Under the pieces are notes generated by a model, which was not told where the DNA came from, searched no databases, and worked only from the letters and a program-made list of their open reading frames with translations. The position numbers and the translations under genes are program-made. Positions 34,870 to 48,773 of a DNA stretch of 64,000 nucleotides are shown piece by piece (position 1 is the stretch's first letter; every line of letters starts with the position of its first letter). This DNA is from Peribolospora baueri. Taxonomy: Eukaryota. The stretch is from assembly GCA_029717555.1 (NCBI GenBank), contig JAMDHS010000021.1:62001-126000 (forward strand), given 5' to 3'.

Positions 34870-37800
34870 CTACGTGGCCGACGGCGCCTCGAACCATTCG
34901 TCGTCCGGCCGTCTTGGGGGGGGACATCGTCTCAGCTCGATGAGACTGTCAGGTCCGCCGTACGCCATGATCATCTGATGAGGATGGAAGGCCAGGGCGG
35001 ACACGGATGGAGAGAAGGCTGTCGACGGTCGGTAGGTGGCCGGCGTGGGCGCATTGGGAGCACCCGGAAGTCCTGCAGACGTCGTTGGCGGGAAGGCCCT
35101 CACGATGGGAGCGCCTATCAATGAAGGCCCGCCTGAGACGTTGAAGAGGCCGATGTTCTGAGGTAGCAGACCTGCTCGAGAGACGCGCGGGACAGAGGCA
35201 CTAGAAGCGTGGAGACCGAAATGCGAAATTCACGGCGATCAGTACAAACACACTCTCACCATCCACTCCTCGTCCCTGCCAAAAGGACAGCTCACACAGC
35301 AAATACGGGAGCCTGCTCGTGGACGGCCATGGCGGACAGATTGCCACCGAGAATTTGGGAAGTGCGGTAATGAGACAGAGACATATCTGATCGGATGTCC
35401 CATATTCGCACATCGCCATCCACGCTGTCAGGGAAGAAGACAAAAAAAAAGATGAAGCCTACTCCGGTTATCTTCCCGACAGATGAAGCCGAGCATGCTC
35501 GCTCACCTAGCGGACACTAGCTCCCTGTTTCCCCTCCTCTGAAGGTGAACCGACTGGAGCCAGCTCTGGTGCTCTTCCCACAGGCGCACCAAGGCCTCCC
35601 CCGGTCGCAGCCGACGGTCGTAGACGCCGATACCGCCGTCTCCGAAGCCGGCCACAAAGACATGCCCGAGTTCGACCTCGGATGTGATCGAGGTGACGCA
35701 GCTCCCAGCGCGCGTGGGAATGTCCTGTAGGGAAGAAAAGGAAGCGACGCAGGTTGAGCACAAAGCCGGCGGCTACAGCTGCAGCGGACGCACTCACGCT
35801 GACGCAAAGCTCTCTATGAGCATCCCACACTCGTATCACCTTGCTGTCGCCGCCGACGAGCAAGTGTCCGCGAACCTGCTGCCAATTTGCGATCAGACCG
35901 CTCGGATGCTTGCTCTTGACGAGATCAGGCAACGCGCGGAAGCTCGTGGCGAGCTCGAGCGAATCGGCCTGCTCGTAATTTCGGTAGATCCGAACGTCGC
36001 CCTCCGCAGAGCCGACGAGCAACATGCCCTCCACGTCTTCGTTCACGAACAAGGCCGTGGTGATAGCCGTGTTTGGCGGGTTGCCGTTCTTAAAGCGGTT
36101 CGTACACGTCTTTGTTTCCCAGTCCCATACGCTGAAGGGGAGACGGTATCGCAAATCAATCAAGAGACCAAAGCCACGCCTTCTTCCCCGACAGTCTCCC
36201 ACACGTACCTGATCGTATCCGACTCGGTAATCGAAACGAGATGAGGTTCGAACTGATGGAACAACAGCTTCGATGGTTGCGCGCTTAGATGTAGCGTGCC
36301 CATGTGTTGATTCCAGCGTCGCTTGCCTGGGCACGCGGTCCGCCGAAAGGGGAGGGAAGGTGAGCAAACGAACACACGTACATGAGTCGTCGCACCGATA
36401 GCTTGTCAGCCCTCGTGACAAAGACGCTCACCGGCTCCCTCGGCCATTGCCGAAGCCTCCAAAACCATCTTTTCGTTCCTCTGCCTCTTCCAGCTCTGCG
36501 CGTTATACCTCAAACTGCCCGGCTCTTCCGCCTCTGCGCTCCTCATCTGCGGCTCAGTGTAATACTCGCTGCTCCACTCAAACAGCCGGCTCTGTAGAGG
36601 CAAGACTTCCCTGACGATGGTATCTTGCGACGCCCTCCCGGCACCGGCCGGAGCCGGAGTCTGCGTTTGTGCACGCATGCGAAAACGGGTAGTATCCGAC
36701 TGCAACAGGATCAGCAGGACGTCGGCGACTCGCGGGCTGTCCGCTGCCTGGGACTGCTGCTTCGATGAGGTACCACCCTTCCTTCGGTAGTCACCGGCAC
36801 CTTCGGCGCGCGCGCGGATATGTTGGAGGCTCTCGGCAGACAAGGATCGAGAGGGAGCGGAGTTCGCGGGAGTGACCGGCAGCGACAACGAGGGTTGTGA
36901 GTAAGGGCTCTGATACTGGGCCGGACTCGTCGGTACCGCCGGCGTCGAGGTACGATTGGACGGGCCATGCGTCAGGCCGTCCGCGCCATGGCCGGATCCG
37001 TCGGAAAATCCTGTCGGCGAAGGCGGTCGCGAGTATCCGAGCGTGGCGATCGACTTTACCGTCGCCGCAAAACTGGAAGAACGTTTAGGGTTGAGTTGGC
37101 GAGCGTTCGAGTGGGCGCCGTTCTCGATCGGCGCGCCGTCCGACCGGGGCGTCGAGGGGCGGAGCTGCTGAACCTGCTGGCCAAAGTATTCATGGCCGCC
37201 AAAGTGGAAAGCGGGCGTCGCAGGCCGACCCTTGACGACTGCTTCCAAGCTTGGCAAGCTCGCATCCGCCGCTCGAGTCAGATCGCTCTCCATCATCAGC
37301 GCGTTGATGAAATCGAGCGTCGTACTAGCCAGACTCGCCACCTCTCCGTGGCTGTCGACAGAGAGGTCAAGCAGGGCATCGTACATGACTTGCACGGCGG
37401 TGAAGTCTGCGAAATCCACGCCATCGCAGCCGGTGGCGGTCGCCAGCTGCAGCAGGAGCTCGGCCGCGCGTCTCTCGCCGGCGGCTTCCGACTCGACCAC
37501 ATGGTATAGGTAGGCGGCCACCACGAAAGCACCCCTGTACTCGTAGACAAGTGCGGACAGAGCGATGACAAACTCCTTGCGCACCAGTGGACTCGAATCG
37601 CTCTTCGTCGTCAATGCGGCCAGACCGATTCCAATCTCCATCTTCCTCTGCGCCCCTTCTGAAAGGTTGGTGGCGATGCCCGTTCCTCGCTCTCTTTTCC
37701 GCGGCGTCGCTCCCTCCGAGTCCGCCTCCGACTGAGAGCCGGAGGCGCCAAGTAGCGTGCCAAGGGCGTACAGGGCCGCTGCCCGCACTTCTGGAGAGAC

Positions 37801-40071
37801 GTCACTGAGCATGGCGCACACCTTGACGTGGGCATCAATGCGAATCGCGCGGCCTTTGGCTTGGTCGTAGTCGTTCCAAAGTTCGGCGATACAGAGGCAA
37901 CTCCACTGGCGGAGGAGGTAGTCCTCGTCGGAGAGGTGCTCGAGACAAGCTTCTAACGCGTCCGTCTCGAAGCAAAGCGCCTGTCCCCGGGAGAAGCCTT
38001 TGCAGAAAACGGCGACGATGAAAGCGCACATGGCGCGGTGCTCGCTGACGTTTGGGATGAGCAACTCGCCGCTGTTCCGGAACGGACTGAGAACATTGGT
38101 GAAGTAGGAGTAACCGGATTCGCGGATGAGGTCGTTCTGGCACGACCGATCCACCGCCAAGATCCGCGCCCAGACGTAGATCAACACGGGCTTAAGGTCA
38201 GCTGCGGGAGATTGAAGCAGTCGCAAGACGTAAGGGAAGATGCCTATGCTGAGCGCAAGGTTCACCGCCCACGGCCCGAGGTCGAGGAACTGGGATAGGA
38301 GGATCAACGCCCGGAGTCGGTGCATCTGGCTCAGGAGCACTTGGAGCACGGTGGGCAGCTGCTCTGGAGGATCCCGGTGACGTCGGCCCGGTTCCCTGCC
38401 CTGGGCGTCCGCGGCAACGGTTACCCCGGTGGGGACTTTGCCGGGGATGGCCCCGCGGGCGAGCCATACCTCGAATGCCTTGAGCTGATCCGAGAAGAAG
38501 GTGCTGTATTTGTAGTCGAATTGTGGGACGGAGGCCGGTGGGATCGTCGGCGTTTGGCCCGGCACAACGGCCACTTGCGAAGCGGCAGCAGCCGCTGCTG
38601 CTTCTGACGCTTTTTCGCGCGCCAGCAGCGTCGGCAGCTGAGCGAGACACTGGTCAACAATGAGGTCCCACGTGTCCCAGAGAGGGTGCTCATGCGTCGG
38701 TGGGAGCGCAGGATGACTCATAGGGTGACAATGGTAAAACCGCATGATGCGTTCGGCGAGGAGGAAATTTCTGCACAACGCGGCGACCATGAGGTCGTCG
38801 CGGTAGAGCCGACGGAAGATCTCACGGGGAAAGACGGTCCAGGCAATCGTGTCGGTGATGGCGGTGAAGATCCAGTTAAGCTCTCCTAACGGTGTTCGTC
38901 GGTCTGAAAGCCGTCCCGGGATCTTCATCACGTCATCCATCTTGATTGTCTGCGGGAGCGGATTGCGAATGACGAACCAACGAAGGGAGATCTCGATGGG
39001 CGACGTAAGGCAGGAAGTAAAAAGGTCGGCTGGAAGATCAGGGTTCATCGGCAGCGTCTCATCAGGGCCGCAGGCCGCGAGATGGATGGACTCGCGGGCG
39101 GGAAAGGAGGTTGGTAGGGGGGCGGGGGATCCTGTCGGTGCGCGTGGGGCCTGCTTCGAGTCGCTTGCGCCGGTCTTACTTTCTTCCTCTCTTCGTCTCT
39201 CGGAGAAGAGTCGAAAGTTGACGATAACGTTACCAGCAGCACTGGCGTCCCAGATAAAAATGCACGGAGAGCCGAGCCAGAGCTGTAGGTCATAGAGGGT
39301 AATGGGGATATACTGCGAGTATCCCTTGTTGAATACCCAGATCTCGCCGCCGGGAGTGGGCTTCGGAACGCCAAAGCCACTGTAGTAGAAGAGCACGCGG
39401 TCGTCCTTTGCTGTACGGCGGAGGTTGGTGCAAAATCGCTTGGTCTCCTCGACGATGGGATCGAGGTACTGCTTGTACCGCATCTTCGAGCTGAGGGTCT
39501 CGAACTGGGCTTGCAAGTTCTTCCCGATCGCCGGAAGCGCCTTGGACGGTTCGAGGACGGTGGGGTCCATCCAGCAGAGCAGCTTGGAGCATGGTTTCGT
39601 CTTGCACACGTCCGGCGGGTCGATCCCGAGGTTGAGGCACATGACCAGCGCACCGGTGACGGTCTTTACTCGTTCCCGAATCCTCCAGTTGGGCTTGTCG
39701 CGCGGGTCCATGGGCTTGGGGTTTCCGGATGAAAGGTGACGTTTGTGGCACCAGTGGGGCATATAGGGTGTCTTCAAATGAGAGCGACGCACGTGAGCGC
39801 GCGAACGGGACGGAACAGATGTTAACGATAGCACCGCACGCACCTCGAGCAGTATCGCGTATTCGTCCATGTCAGGTTGGAGTAAGAGGCCGTGCCTGGG
39901 ACCGCGTGTCAAGTCGTCATCCCCATTGTCGTCCGCGTCCGTCGTCGTCTCCGCCTCTGCCTCATCAAAAGATCCGGAGCCTGGACGCGGGGGGAAGGGA
40001 AGATGATCAGGAGTTGTGAGGCGACCGTTGGTGCGAGGAACGAGGGCGCTTGCTGCAGGCAGAACGGACAT
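34870..40071 (-). CDS. KOG1: TORC1 subunit Raptor (Kog1/Mip1): RNC domain, HEAT repeats, WD40; multi-exon
   Basis: WRIRERVKTVTGALVMCLNLGIDPPD; GVPKPTPGGEIWVFNKGYSQYIP; LPMNPDLPADLFTSCLTSPIE; PPEQLPTVLQVLLSQMHRLRALILL; WD40 segments IRVWDAHRE and ALAFHPH. Confidence 0.97.
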
Positions 40072-40628
40072 GGCGTGCACCGACGAGCGTCGTTCAGCGT
40101 AAAGACGAAGGCGCCGCCGACGCTGTAGCGATGCAGCGAGAAGGGGGGGATGGGCGACGGGGACAAGGGGTTGATGAGATGTGTAAAATGCTGATCGCGT
40201 GTAGGTCGAGTAAAGCGGCTCAACTGTCAAGCGCGGGGAACGGCGGTGGAGGAGCCACGGCCGCGGCGATAGGCGGAGATGGCAGCATGCGGCCTTTGTG
40301 CGATGCGGATGATCAAGGAACGACAAACATTGAGGCAGCTTGCACGTGACAAGCCCAAGTACGTACATGTCCTTCACGCAGCGTAGCGATTCAGATCGCT
40401 GCTCGACTCAAGAGCGCGTTGCAGGTCGCAAGACAGATCTCGCTGCTGTAGCACGAGCGCGAGCGAATTGACGACTGCTCTGACCAAGGCCAGAGTCGCG
40501 CCGTCGGTGCGCGCCACGTGGCCTCGCGTGGCTCTGGACGCGGCATCCGACCGGCCGCAGTATTTCGTCGGTCACTTCAGTTCGTCTCCCGCCCGCCTTG
40601 CCTCTTCTTACTCGCCCAACAGTCCGCC

Positions 40629-40690
40629 ATGCCCAAACGATCAGCCGTTCCTGCGGCTACGGCGCCCTCCGCAAAACCCAAAAAGCCCAA

Positions 40691-40721
<31 letters not shown>

Positions 40722-42069
40722 GCAGCCACAGAGCCAACGACAGCGGCGGACAAAAAGAAGAAGAAGGCGGACGGCGGAGCGTCCGCGCCAACTCGTTCGC
40801 GCGGCGCCCGCTCGGAGCGGAAGCCGTCCATGAGGGCGCAAAAGAAGTCTGTGGAGACGAGTGACGACAAGGAGGAGGAAGAGGCGGGGGCGACACAAGA
40901 AATCGAAGAGGCTCAGGCCGATGCAGAGGAAGCGAAGGCTGGAACGCTCAATGCGGAGTCCGATGCTTCGGCTGAGGAGGCGTCGGAGGACGACGACGAA
41001 GAGTCGTTGCTACAGGGACTCGACTCGGACCTGGAAGGCGAGGACGAGGAAGACAGCTCGGACGATGACGACATTTCCATCGCTAAGGACAAGGCATCCG
41101 TCATGGCGGACAAGCTGCCGACGATAGCGAAGGATGATAAGGCCGTTAAAGAGAAGTTGGACAAGGCCAAGAAGAAGCAGGTGAGCCGCCGAGCACGTCA
41201 AGTTGCCGCTAAGTTTTCATGTCTTCTATGTACAAGCATCTGCGCCCCTCATTTACATTTTCATCTCACGCCCGTTCACAGGGACAACCTCCAGGCGTCT
41301 TGTACATCGGGCGCATCCCGCACGGCTTCTACGAGAAGGAGATGCGGTCGTACTTTGAGCAGTTTGGGAACGTCACTCGATTGCGGTTGAGTAGGAATAA
41401 GAAGGTGAGAGACCTCGTATTTGCACCATCCGCCGCGGCCATCCTTCCCAGTTTCTTCCGCTGACATCCTGCTCACCGTCTCACTGCCACGAACCGCTTG
41501 CAATGCATCCCGCTCCCAGACCGGTCGATCAAAGCACTACGCTTTCATCGAGTTTTCCTCAGCTGCGGTGGCAGAGATTGTACAGGAGACGATGGACAAC
41601 TACCTTCTTATCGGTCACATCCTCCGCGTCAAGGTCGTCCCTCCCGAAAAGGTCCACCCTTCGCTTTGGATCGGCGCCAACCGACGGTACCGCGCCGTCC
41701 CTCATGATCTTCGCGTTCGCAAGATGCATAATGCAGTGAGCTTTTCTTCTTGTATCCTGAGCAAGGATTGTGCTGCTTTCGAGGATGTCGTCATGCCCTG
41801 CGCGAGACCAGAGGCGCTGACCCACACATCCTTCTGGCCCATCCGTCCCTTCTGTAGCCAAAAACGCCGGCTCAGGTGGAGCGCGTGGAGAAAAAGCTCG
41901 TCGATCGGCAGGAGAAAAAACGTCAGGAGTTAGCCAAGCTTGGCATAGATTACAAGTTCGAGGGTTACGTGAGTCTGTCCGCGTGCTTCTTTCGTTCGAC
42001 CCATATGTCCAGGTCGTTCCTGACAAGTCGGCCAATTTTGATGGTCCGTCGCCGTCGCAGACTGCGTGA
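40629..42069 (+). CDS. NOP15: RRM ribosome biogenesis protein Nop15/NIFK
   Basis: [49 protein letters not shown]...[28 protein letters not shown]. Confidence 0.93.
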
Positions 42070-42685
42070 TTGCGGCGTACCCTCCTTTCCCGTACCGCCA
42101 GCCCTCCTATTTTTGTCCCTCCATTCACCGACGTCATGTGCTCAACTTTGGGTTGCAATTTAGGATGTTTTTTTTCTCGGTCGCACTTGGCCCAGTGCAA
42201 AAGCTTTCTACGACAAACTTAACGAGGCGTTGAAACCCTTATTACACCTCTTGGGCCCATCCATCATTGCCGGATTGCGCGTCTCTTTCCCCTTTGGTGA
42301 TCACATTTCTCAAGGGCCTCAAGGTCCTTCGAACAGAATCTAACCTCGCTCTTCGCTTCATCGATAGGAGCATCTGTGGGGGAGGACATGCCTCGACATA
42401 GCGGATTGACCCCGCTATTGGCTGACTAAGTAGATCACGTGCAACTCCACTGCTGTACAGGATCATGGACTTGTAACCCTAACTGTTGAACGGCTGATCA
42501 TACTGAGGGCTCGAACGAGTGGGCGACTTCCGGATTGAAACCACCAACAGCTCTCCTCTGCTCACTCTGGTGAGTCGCCTCGTCCCCAGCGTACAAGTTC
42601 CGACGTGAGCCGTCGGCGTGACGTCGGCGAGTGGCGGCGACTGATCGTTCCCGCCCTCCTCGCCGCATTCCCCTGTAGACACAAG

Positions 42686-42909
42686 ATGAGAGACAAGTGG
42701 AGAAAGAAGCGCATGCGCCGTCTCAGGAGGAAGCGCAGAAAGATGCGCGCGCGCTCGAGTGAGTTCGTTTTTTGTCGATAGCCCCTTCGAAGTTATTTGC
42801 ACGTTTGGCACGTCCGAGGGCTGCTTCGTGCCGCGCCTCTGATGGCTTGTTAACCACCTGTGTTCTTGCCGCACCGCGCTGTCGTCTTATTTGTTTCGCC
42901 ACAGAGTAA
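42686..42909 (+). CDS. RPL41: Ribosomal protein L41 (eL41/eS32), 25 aa, 2 coding exons
   Basis: MRDKWRKKRMRRLRRKRRKMRARS-K*: exon 42686-42758, GTGAGT...CAG intron, exon 42905-42909. Confidence 0.97.
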
Positions 42910-43307
42910 TCGAGCCACACCTCCAGGCTTTGTCATCCTCTCCACCTAACCCACTTAAAAGACATGCCAACCCTCCCCACTTCACCTCGGATATGGAGGC
43001 GCACGGCGTGTTGATGGAGGATTTGGGAGCAGGACTCGGGTGCTTGGTCGCTCGACTCGGGAAGGATTTGGGCTCGATCATAGGCGGTCTTTCTAGCCTG
43101 TCTGCGTTCTTGCCTTTTCCCACCCTTGGATATATCTCTGCGTTTTCCAGCCTCCGCGATCGTCGCTCGTCCTCGGGTGTCCGTTGCATGCCGCAATCCA
43201 AAATTATGCCCTCACCCTCTATACTATCTGGCTTTCGGAAAGCCGATGTGGTGTGCGTCTGAAATGTCCGTACGACAGAACGGGTGATACGGATGACACG
43301 ATCACGC

Positions 43308-44556
43308 TCATACCTCGTCCTCCGCCGGCCTCCGTTCTTTCGGAGGGACTGTCTTGATCTTACGAGCTGGGTTACCCTGCCGTGGCACAACAGTCGTCCG
43401 TCAGAGAGTTGGGATGGGTGACGAGGCAGCGTGGAAGAGCTGACACTCACCACCATTACCGAGAATGGCTCGACATCTTTTGTGACAACGCTGCCTGGAT
43501 GATCGAAAGACCGATTTCGGGTCAGCAAACTACGTCTCAAAAGCGCTGCGCGGGACTGCTCACCGGCTCCGATAGTGCTGCCTTCGCCGATGGTTACGCC
43601 AGCAAGGATGGTCACTGCAAGCCATGGAGAGAGAAAATCGAGGGACGTCGCGTTGAGAGACTGGGTCTTGGCTAAAGATCGCCACTTCTCCATGAACCGC
43701 TCGCTCACCGTTCCCGCCACACCAGACGTCACGGCCGATCTTGACCGGCAGCGCACGCTCTGCACCCGTGCACCGCTCTCTCAACGAAGTCGAGTGGGTA
43801 CCACCGTAAATCTGGTGTGACGCGGAAAAAAAAAACTCAGTGAGCGAGGGCGTCGAACGAACGCAATGAGATGCTTCCTGCTTGCTGTTGCCAGTCTCAC
43901 GCTGACGCTAGGCCCGAAGAACACGTTGGTGCCGATGGTGACGCCGGCGCAGTCCAGAATGGTACAGTAGGCGTTAGCATAGAAGGTGCCTTCAAGGTGG
44001 ATGTTCGTGCCCTTGTAGGACGGGGCGTTGGAAAGCAGGACGAACAAAGACTTAGCGGGCAGAGAAGGAGAGAGAAGGAGCACGATGGGGGCGGCGGACG
44101 TACATAGTCACAGAAGAAGGGCGGTTCGACCTCGACGCCCCTCATCTTCTCCCACCCATCTCCCCGCCTTCCTCCCTCTTGCTCGCTCATGTCCAACCCC
44201 AGCACCTGGCCAAACAGCCTCCTCCTCTCCTTCCCCATCACGTCCCCCGTCAGCCCGGCGTCGGGATCGTTGGCGGCGTCGAAGAACCCTACACCCTGGG
44301 CCCTCTCACCCTCGCGCAGGTCCTCCGGATCCGGGCCGGGGTCCGACTGGTTGAAGAGCTTGAGGAGTCTGCGCACTCGCACGCGCGCTCGGACCATGAA
44401 GGGCGAGTTGGCCAAGTACGGGAGGCCCATGGCTGCCTTTTCTTCCTCGGTGAGCGTCGAGACGTCCACCCCCGCAGGGGTGGTGGGCAAGTCGGATGAC
44501 CAGGAGTTGGGATCCTGGTGCGAAGTGGCCGGTGCGATAGGCTCAGAGTCGGGCAT
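43308..44556 (-). CDS. Maltose/galactoside O-acetyltransferase (hexapeptide LbH family), multi-exon
   Basis: VEPPFFCDY-GTNIHL...FYANAYCTILDCAGVTIGTNVFFGPSV; ERALPVKIGRDVWCGGN; ILAGVTIGEGSTIGAG-SVVTKDV; GNPARKIK. Confidence 0.92.
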
Positions 44557-45637
44557 CGCACCAGAGTAGATCTATCTAGAACGAAGCAAGCCTCGATGAA
44601 TATGACGCGTTTGGAAGGTGTTTGGAAGGGGAACAAGTCGTCGTTGGTGGTTGGTGGGGAAGAGGGCGCCACTCTGTCGGACGTGATTACGGACTCGCTA
44701 TTTCGACTTGCCAAGAGGAGCCGCTCTAGTACGCCCACGCTTCTGCCACTTTTTGCTTTTCCCACCGTTTTCCACTTGCATCGCCTTGCTCTGTGTCTCT
44801 CCATGCGCTCTCTCTTCGTCAGGAGGCTCCTTACGATACATGGACGAAAGGGCTTGAACGAGCGCCTTTGCATCATTCGTCATGTGCAGACTATTCTACG
44901 AGAGGAAAAGTTGTGCCCGAACCTAATCCCTCACACGGTCCCATGTACCCTCCAGGCGTCCGTCGACCGCTTTCATACACCTTGGAATTTCCGAAACGCC
45001 TAGCGGAAGCCGTTCAGGATGTGGGCGGGCGACCGAACCGACCTTCAAGCCTTGTACACTTTCAAGCGTGCGTCTCCCGTGACCCGTCGGTCAACGTCAG
45101 GCTTCCCAAAGAGCACCACTCCTACTTCCGATGCAACTTTGACCTGTGGGGCACAGCTTGCAGGGAACAAGGATCAGGACCCTCTCGCTACCTTTGCCCA
45201 GACGACAGGCTCTATCATACTCTGCCCCGCACAGAGACGAAGCGTAGCGACGATCGACAGTATTTGCAGCAGCAACGACTGCGGCCGGCTGGTGGTTAAC
45301 GTCTTGCTGCGGCCAAAATTTTGGATGTGAGTCGAGGGGCGGCATTCTTTGCTCGAGCTGGAAGGAAAGGCGTGAAGACGTTGAGCCACACCTCGACTTT
45401 GACACCACCAGCGTCTTACTCGAGTCCCCCAGAGACCATCGCACCAAGGTGGCGCTTCGAGCTCTTTTTCCATACATTGCCGTCTCCTGCCGCGCCGCGT
45501 CCCTGCCTTCGAGCTTCCGCGCACAGCGAGCAGCAGCGAGCTTCATCCTCCCCCAATACGCACCTTCCCGCCGCCGCCGACCTTTCTCCACCAACCCCAT
45601 AGCCCTTGCTCTTGCTCCCTCAGCGTCTCCTACCAGC

Positions 45638-48041
45638 ATGTCTTCGTTGCCCACCCTTCCTCCCGTACCAGGCGCAGAGCCTGATCGCGTGGCGCTCGAC
45701 GGCTTTCGCATCGACATCGCCGACAAGGTGGCCAAGATTGTCGGTTTGGACATCGACAAGGTCTACGAGGGCGTTCAATTCGGTCAGAAGGGTGCCGATT
45801 TCACTCTCCCCATCCCTAGGCTTCGACTGAAGGAGAAGGCACAAGAGACAGCTGAGAGGATTGCCAAGGACGTGAGTATCTGTCTGTGAAACAGGCCGTC
45901 GTCGGGCGCCCATTAGCTGACACACCTCTCCCACTCTCTTTCACTCTCGCCTTCCCACCATGCAGTTCCAGACCGATGCCTACATTTCCGCTGTCACCGC
46001 GAGCGGAGTTTTTGTGCACTTTAACGTCAACCATTCCACTCTCGCCCGTTTGACCCTCCACCAGATTCGCAACCTCACCCACAACTCCCCCTCTGGCAAG
46101 CCCGAGTACGGCTCCAACACGACTGGAAAGGGCAAGAAGATCGTCGTCGAGTTCTCTAGCCCCAACATTGCTAAGCCGTTCCACGCTGGCCACCTTAGGA
46201 GTACGATCATCGGGGCGTACATCAGCAACTTGTACGAGGCCAACGGCTGGTCTGTGCATCGGTTGAACTACCTTGGCGATTGGGGCAAGCAATTCGGTGA
46301 GCGATCTTGCGCCGCTGATATTGCTTTCGATCCAAAGAATAATCCGGATTCATTGCTCACTAGAGTCATCGCTTGGCGTACGAAATTGACTTTGTCTCCC
46401 GCAGGCTTGCTCGCCGTCGGATGGGAGCGCTACGGTGACGAGGCCGCGCTCAAAGAGGACGCCATTAAACATCTCTACGACGTCTATGTCAAGGTCAACA
46501 GGGACGGAGAAGACAAGGAGGAAGGAGAGGCGATTCACGACAAGGCTCGCGCATATTTCAAAGATATGGAGGAAGGTGGGTTCCGCAGCTTGTTGATCCT
46601 TCTTTGTCTTACGGACCCTTCGGTCGTTGCCACCTATCTTCTGGTCAACTCATCGCTTCTTTGGCTTTGTGCGATAGGCAAGGAGGACGCCCTGGCGCTG
46701 TGGCGCAAGTTCCGAGATCTGTCGATCGAAAAATACAAGCAAACGTACGCGCGCCTGAATATCCACTTCGACGAGTACTCTGGCGAGTCGCAAGTCTCGA
46801 AGGAAGGCATGGACGCTGCGATGGAACGGCTCCAAACGACGGGCGTCCTGGTGGAGGACAAGGGCGCGTTGTTGGTCGACCTGACCAAGTTCAAGTTGGA
46901 CAAGGCCGTCGTGCGCAAGCGGGACGGCACCAACCTGTACATCACCCGCGACATCGGAGGGGCGGTGCAGAGGTGGGAGCGACACAAGTTCGACAAGATG
47001 ATTTACGTCGTCGCCAGTCAGCAGGACTTGCACCTCGCCCAGTTCTTTAAGGTGCTCGAGCTCATGGGCTACGAGTGGGCCAATCGGCTTCAGCACGTTA
47101 ACTTTGGCATGGTGCAGGGAATGAGCACTCGGAAAGGTGCGTCGGTGGAGGAGTTAACTGATATTCCCTTGCTCCGATATTTGACCGCTGGAATCTGTGC
47201 TCTTCCATTGGCTTCTCTCTTCGTGTGGCTTACATCCTTCCAGGCACGGCCGTCTTCCTTGAGCACAGTGAGTCGAATTCAGAGAGATTGCGGGCGTGAC
47301 CGCGCGTAAGCGTTCGTTTTGGAATCAATCCATCTCATTTTCCCTTTCCGTCCACAGTCCTGGAGGAGGCAAAAGACAACATGCACGAGGTGATGAAGAA
47401 GAATGAGGTCAAGTACAGTGCCGTCGAGAACCCTGAGGCGACTGCGGACGTCGTGGGCATGTCCGCCGTCAAGATCCAGGATATGTCTGGCAAGCGGTAC
47501 GTCCTCCGTCTTCACCCTTCGGCAGGTTCGAGCCCGGCTCGAGAGCGCTGGCCCGATGAGTGCGCCGGCTGATTGCGATCCTTTACGATTGGACAGCATC
47601 AACAACTACACCTTCGATTGGTCGCGCATGCTTTCCTTCGAGGGCGACACGGGTCCATACCTCCAGTACACCCACGCTCGTCTCGCCTCTGTGGAGCGCA
47701 AGAACGCCTCGGTGCAGATGCCTTCAGACCCCACCAAGCCGAAGGAGGAGGGCGGAATCGACACGGACCTTCTCAGCGAGCCCAAGGCCAAGGAAGTCAT
47801 CTTCCTCCTCGCCTCGTACCCGGACGTCGTGCGCACGGCCACAAAGGACCTCCAACCGTCGACGGTGGTAACGTGGTGCATGAAGTGCGCCCATGCGGTC
47901 TCTTCCGCTTGGGAGCAGCTCATCGTCAAGGGGAGCGAGGAGGAGACGGCCAAGGCGAGGCTCTATCTGTATGTCTGCGCGCGCGACGTGCTCGGCTCGG
48001 CGATGCGCCTTCTGTCGTTGACACCGTTGGAGCGCATGTAG
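45638..48041 (+). CDS. Arginyl-tRNA synthetase, multi-exon (possible upstream non-AUG extension from 45449)
   Basis: VVEFSSPNIAKPFHAGHLRSTIIG (HIGH motif), LNYLGDWGKQFG, DGTNLYITRD, FGMVQGMSTRKG (KMSK-like), SFEGDTGPYLQYTHARL, C-terminal PLERM. Confidence 0.97.
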
Positions 48042-48280
48042 AGCCTGTGTCTTCCTACTCCCTTTTTTTTGCCGTTTCATGTACCCGTCGTCTGGATGCG
48101 GGGGATGTCTAATGCAAGTACTTTGGAGAAGCCGAATGGTACGGTGGGTTTATGGTCGGCACCCGCGCTTCCCACTTCTCTCCACGCAAGGACTCGGGAT
48201 GGACGCTCTTGTTACATTACGGCAGAGACAGACGGACGGGGAATGATCTACAATCCGAGTGCTCGGACGAGGATGCCTTA

Positions 48281-48773
48281 TTACTGCTTGTCCTTGATAC
48301 TGCATCGCGGAAACGAGGCGGAAAGGAAAGGGGGTGGGGTACGAGGGCATGGGATCGGTGAGCTCGGCGTCCACGACAAAGTCAAACACCCGCCCACTCG
48401 TCGTCTTGGCGCCTCGATCCTCGATCCTCGATCTTAACGTTGTCTGCCCCCTTCCGCTTTCTCCATGGCGTTGACCACTGGGACACGGGCACTCACGGAA
48501 TGTCCTTGCCCGTCGCCTTGTGGAAAACGGAGCGGATGCCGTCCGAGATCTTCTCTGTCGTGCTCGCGTCCGTCGCGTGGCCGGCCTTGTTTGCGCCCCA
48601 CTGCACGGCCTTATCGAGCATGTCCTGCGGGGGGGCACCGCCCGGGGCGCCGCCGGCGGGGGGCGCGTTGCTATTGGGCTGGGACTGTCTTGGCGGCGAA
48701 GGGAGGTATGAGCGCACGTTCATGTGACGAGGACCGTCGCGAGCGGGAAGGATACGAAACTCACATCGGCCAT
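48281..48773 (-). CDS. Small hydrophilic fungal protein (stress-protein-like), 3 exons
   Basis: MAD-SQPNSNAPPAGGAPGGAPPQDMLDKAVQWGANKAGHATDASTTEKISDGIRSVFHKATGKDIP-IKDKQ* with phase-consistent GT-AG introns. The DxLDK...EKISD..R..F.K.TGKD.P pattern recalls small fungal proteins. Confidence 0.75.

Noticed and set aside
45325..45449. Split start codon AT|G supplying an AUG for the ArgRS extension
   Set aside because: The GTGAGT donor at 45327 has no acceptor that yields ATG in the correct frame.
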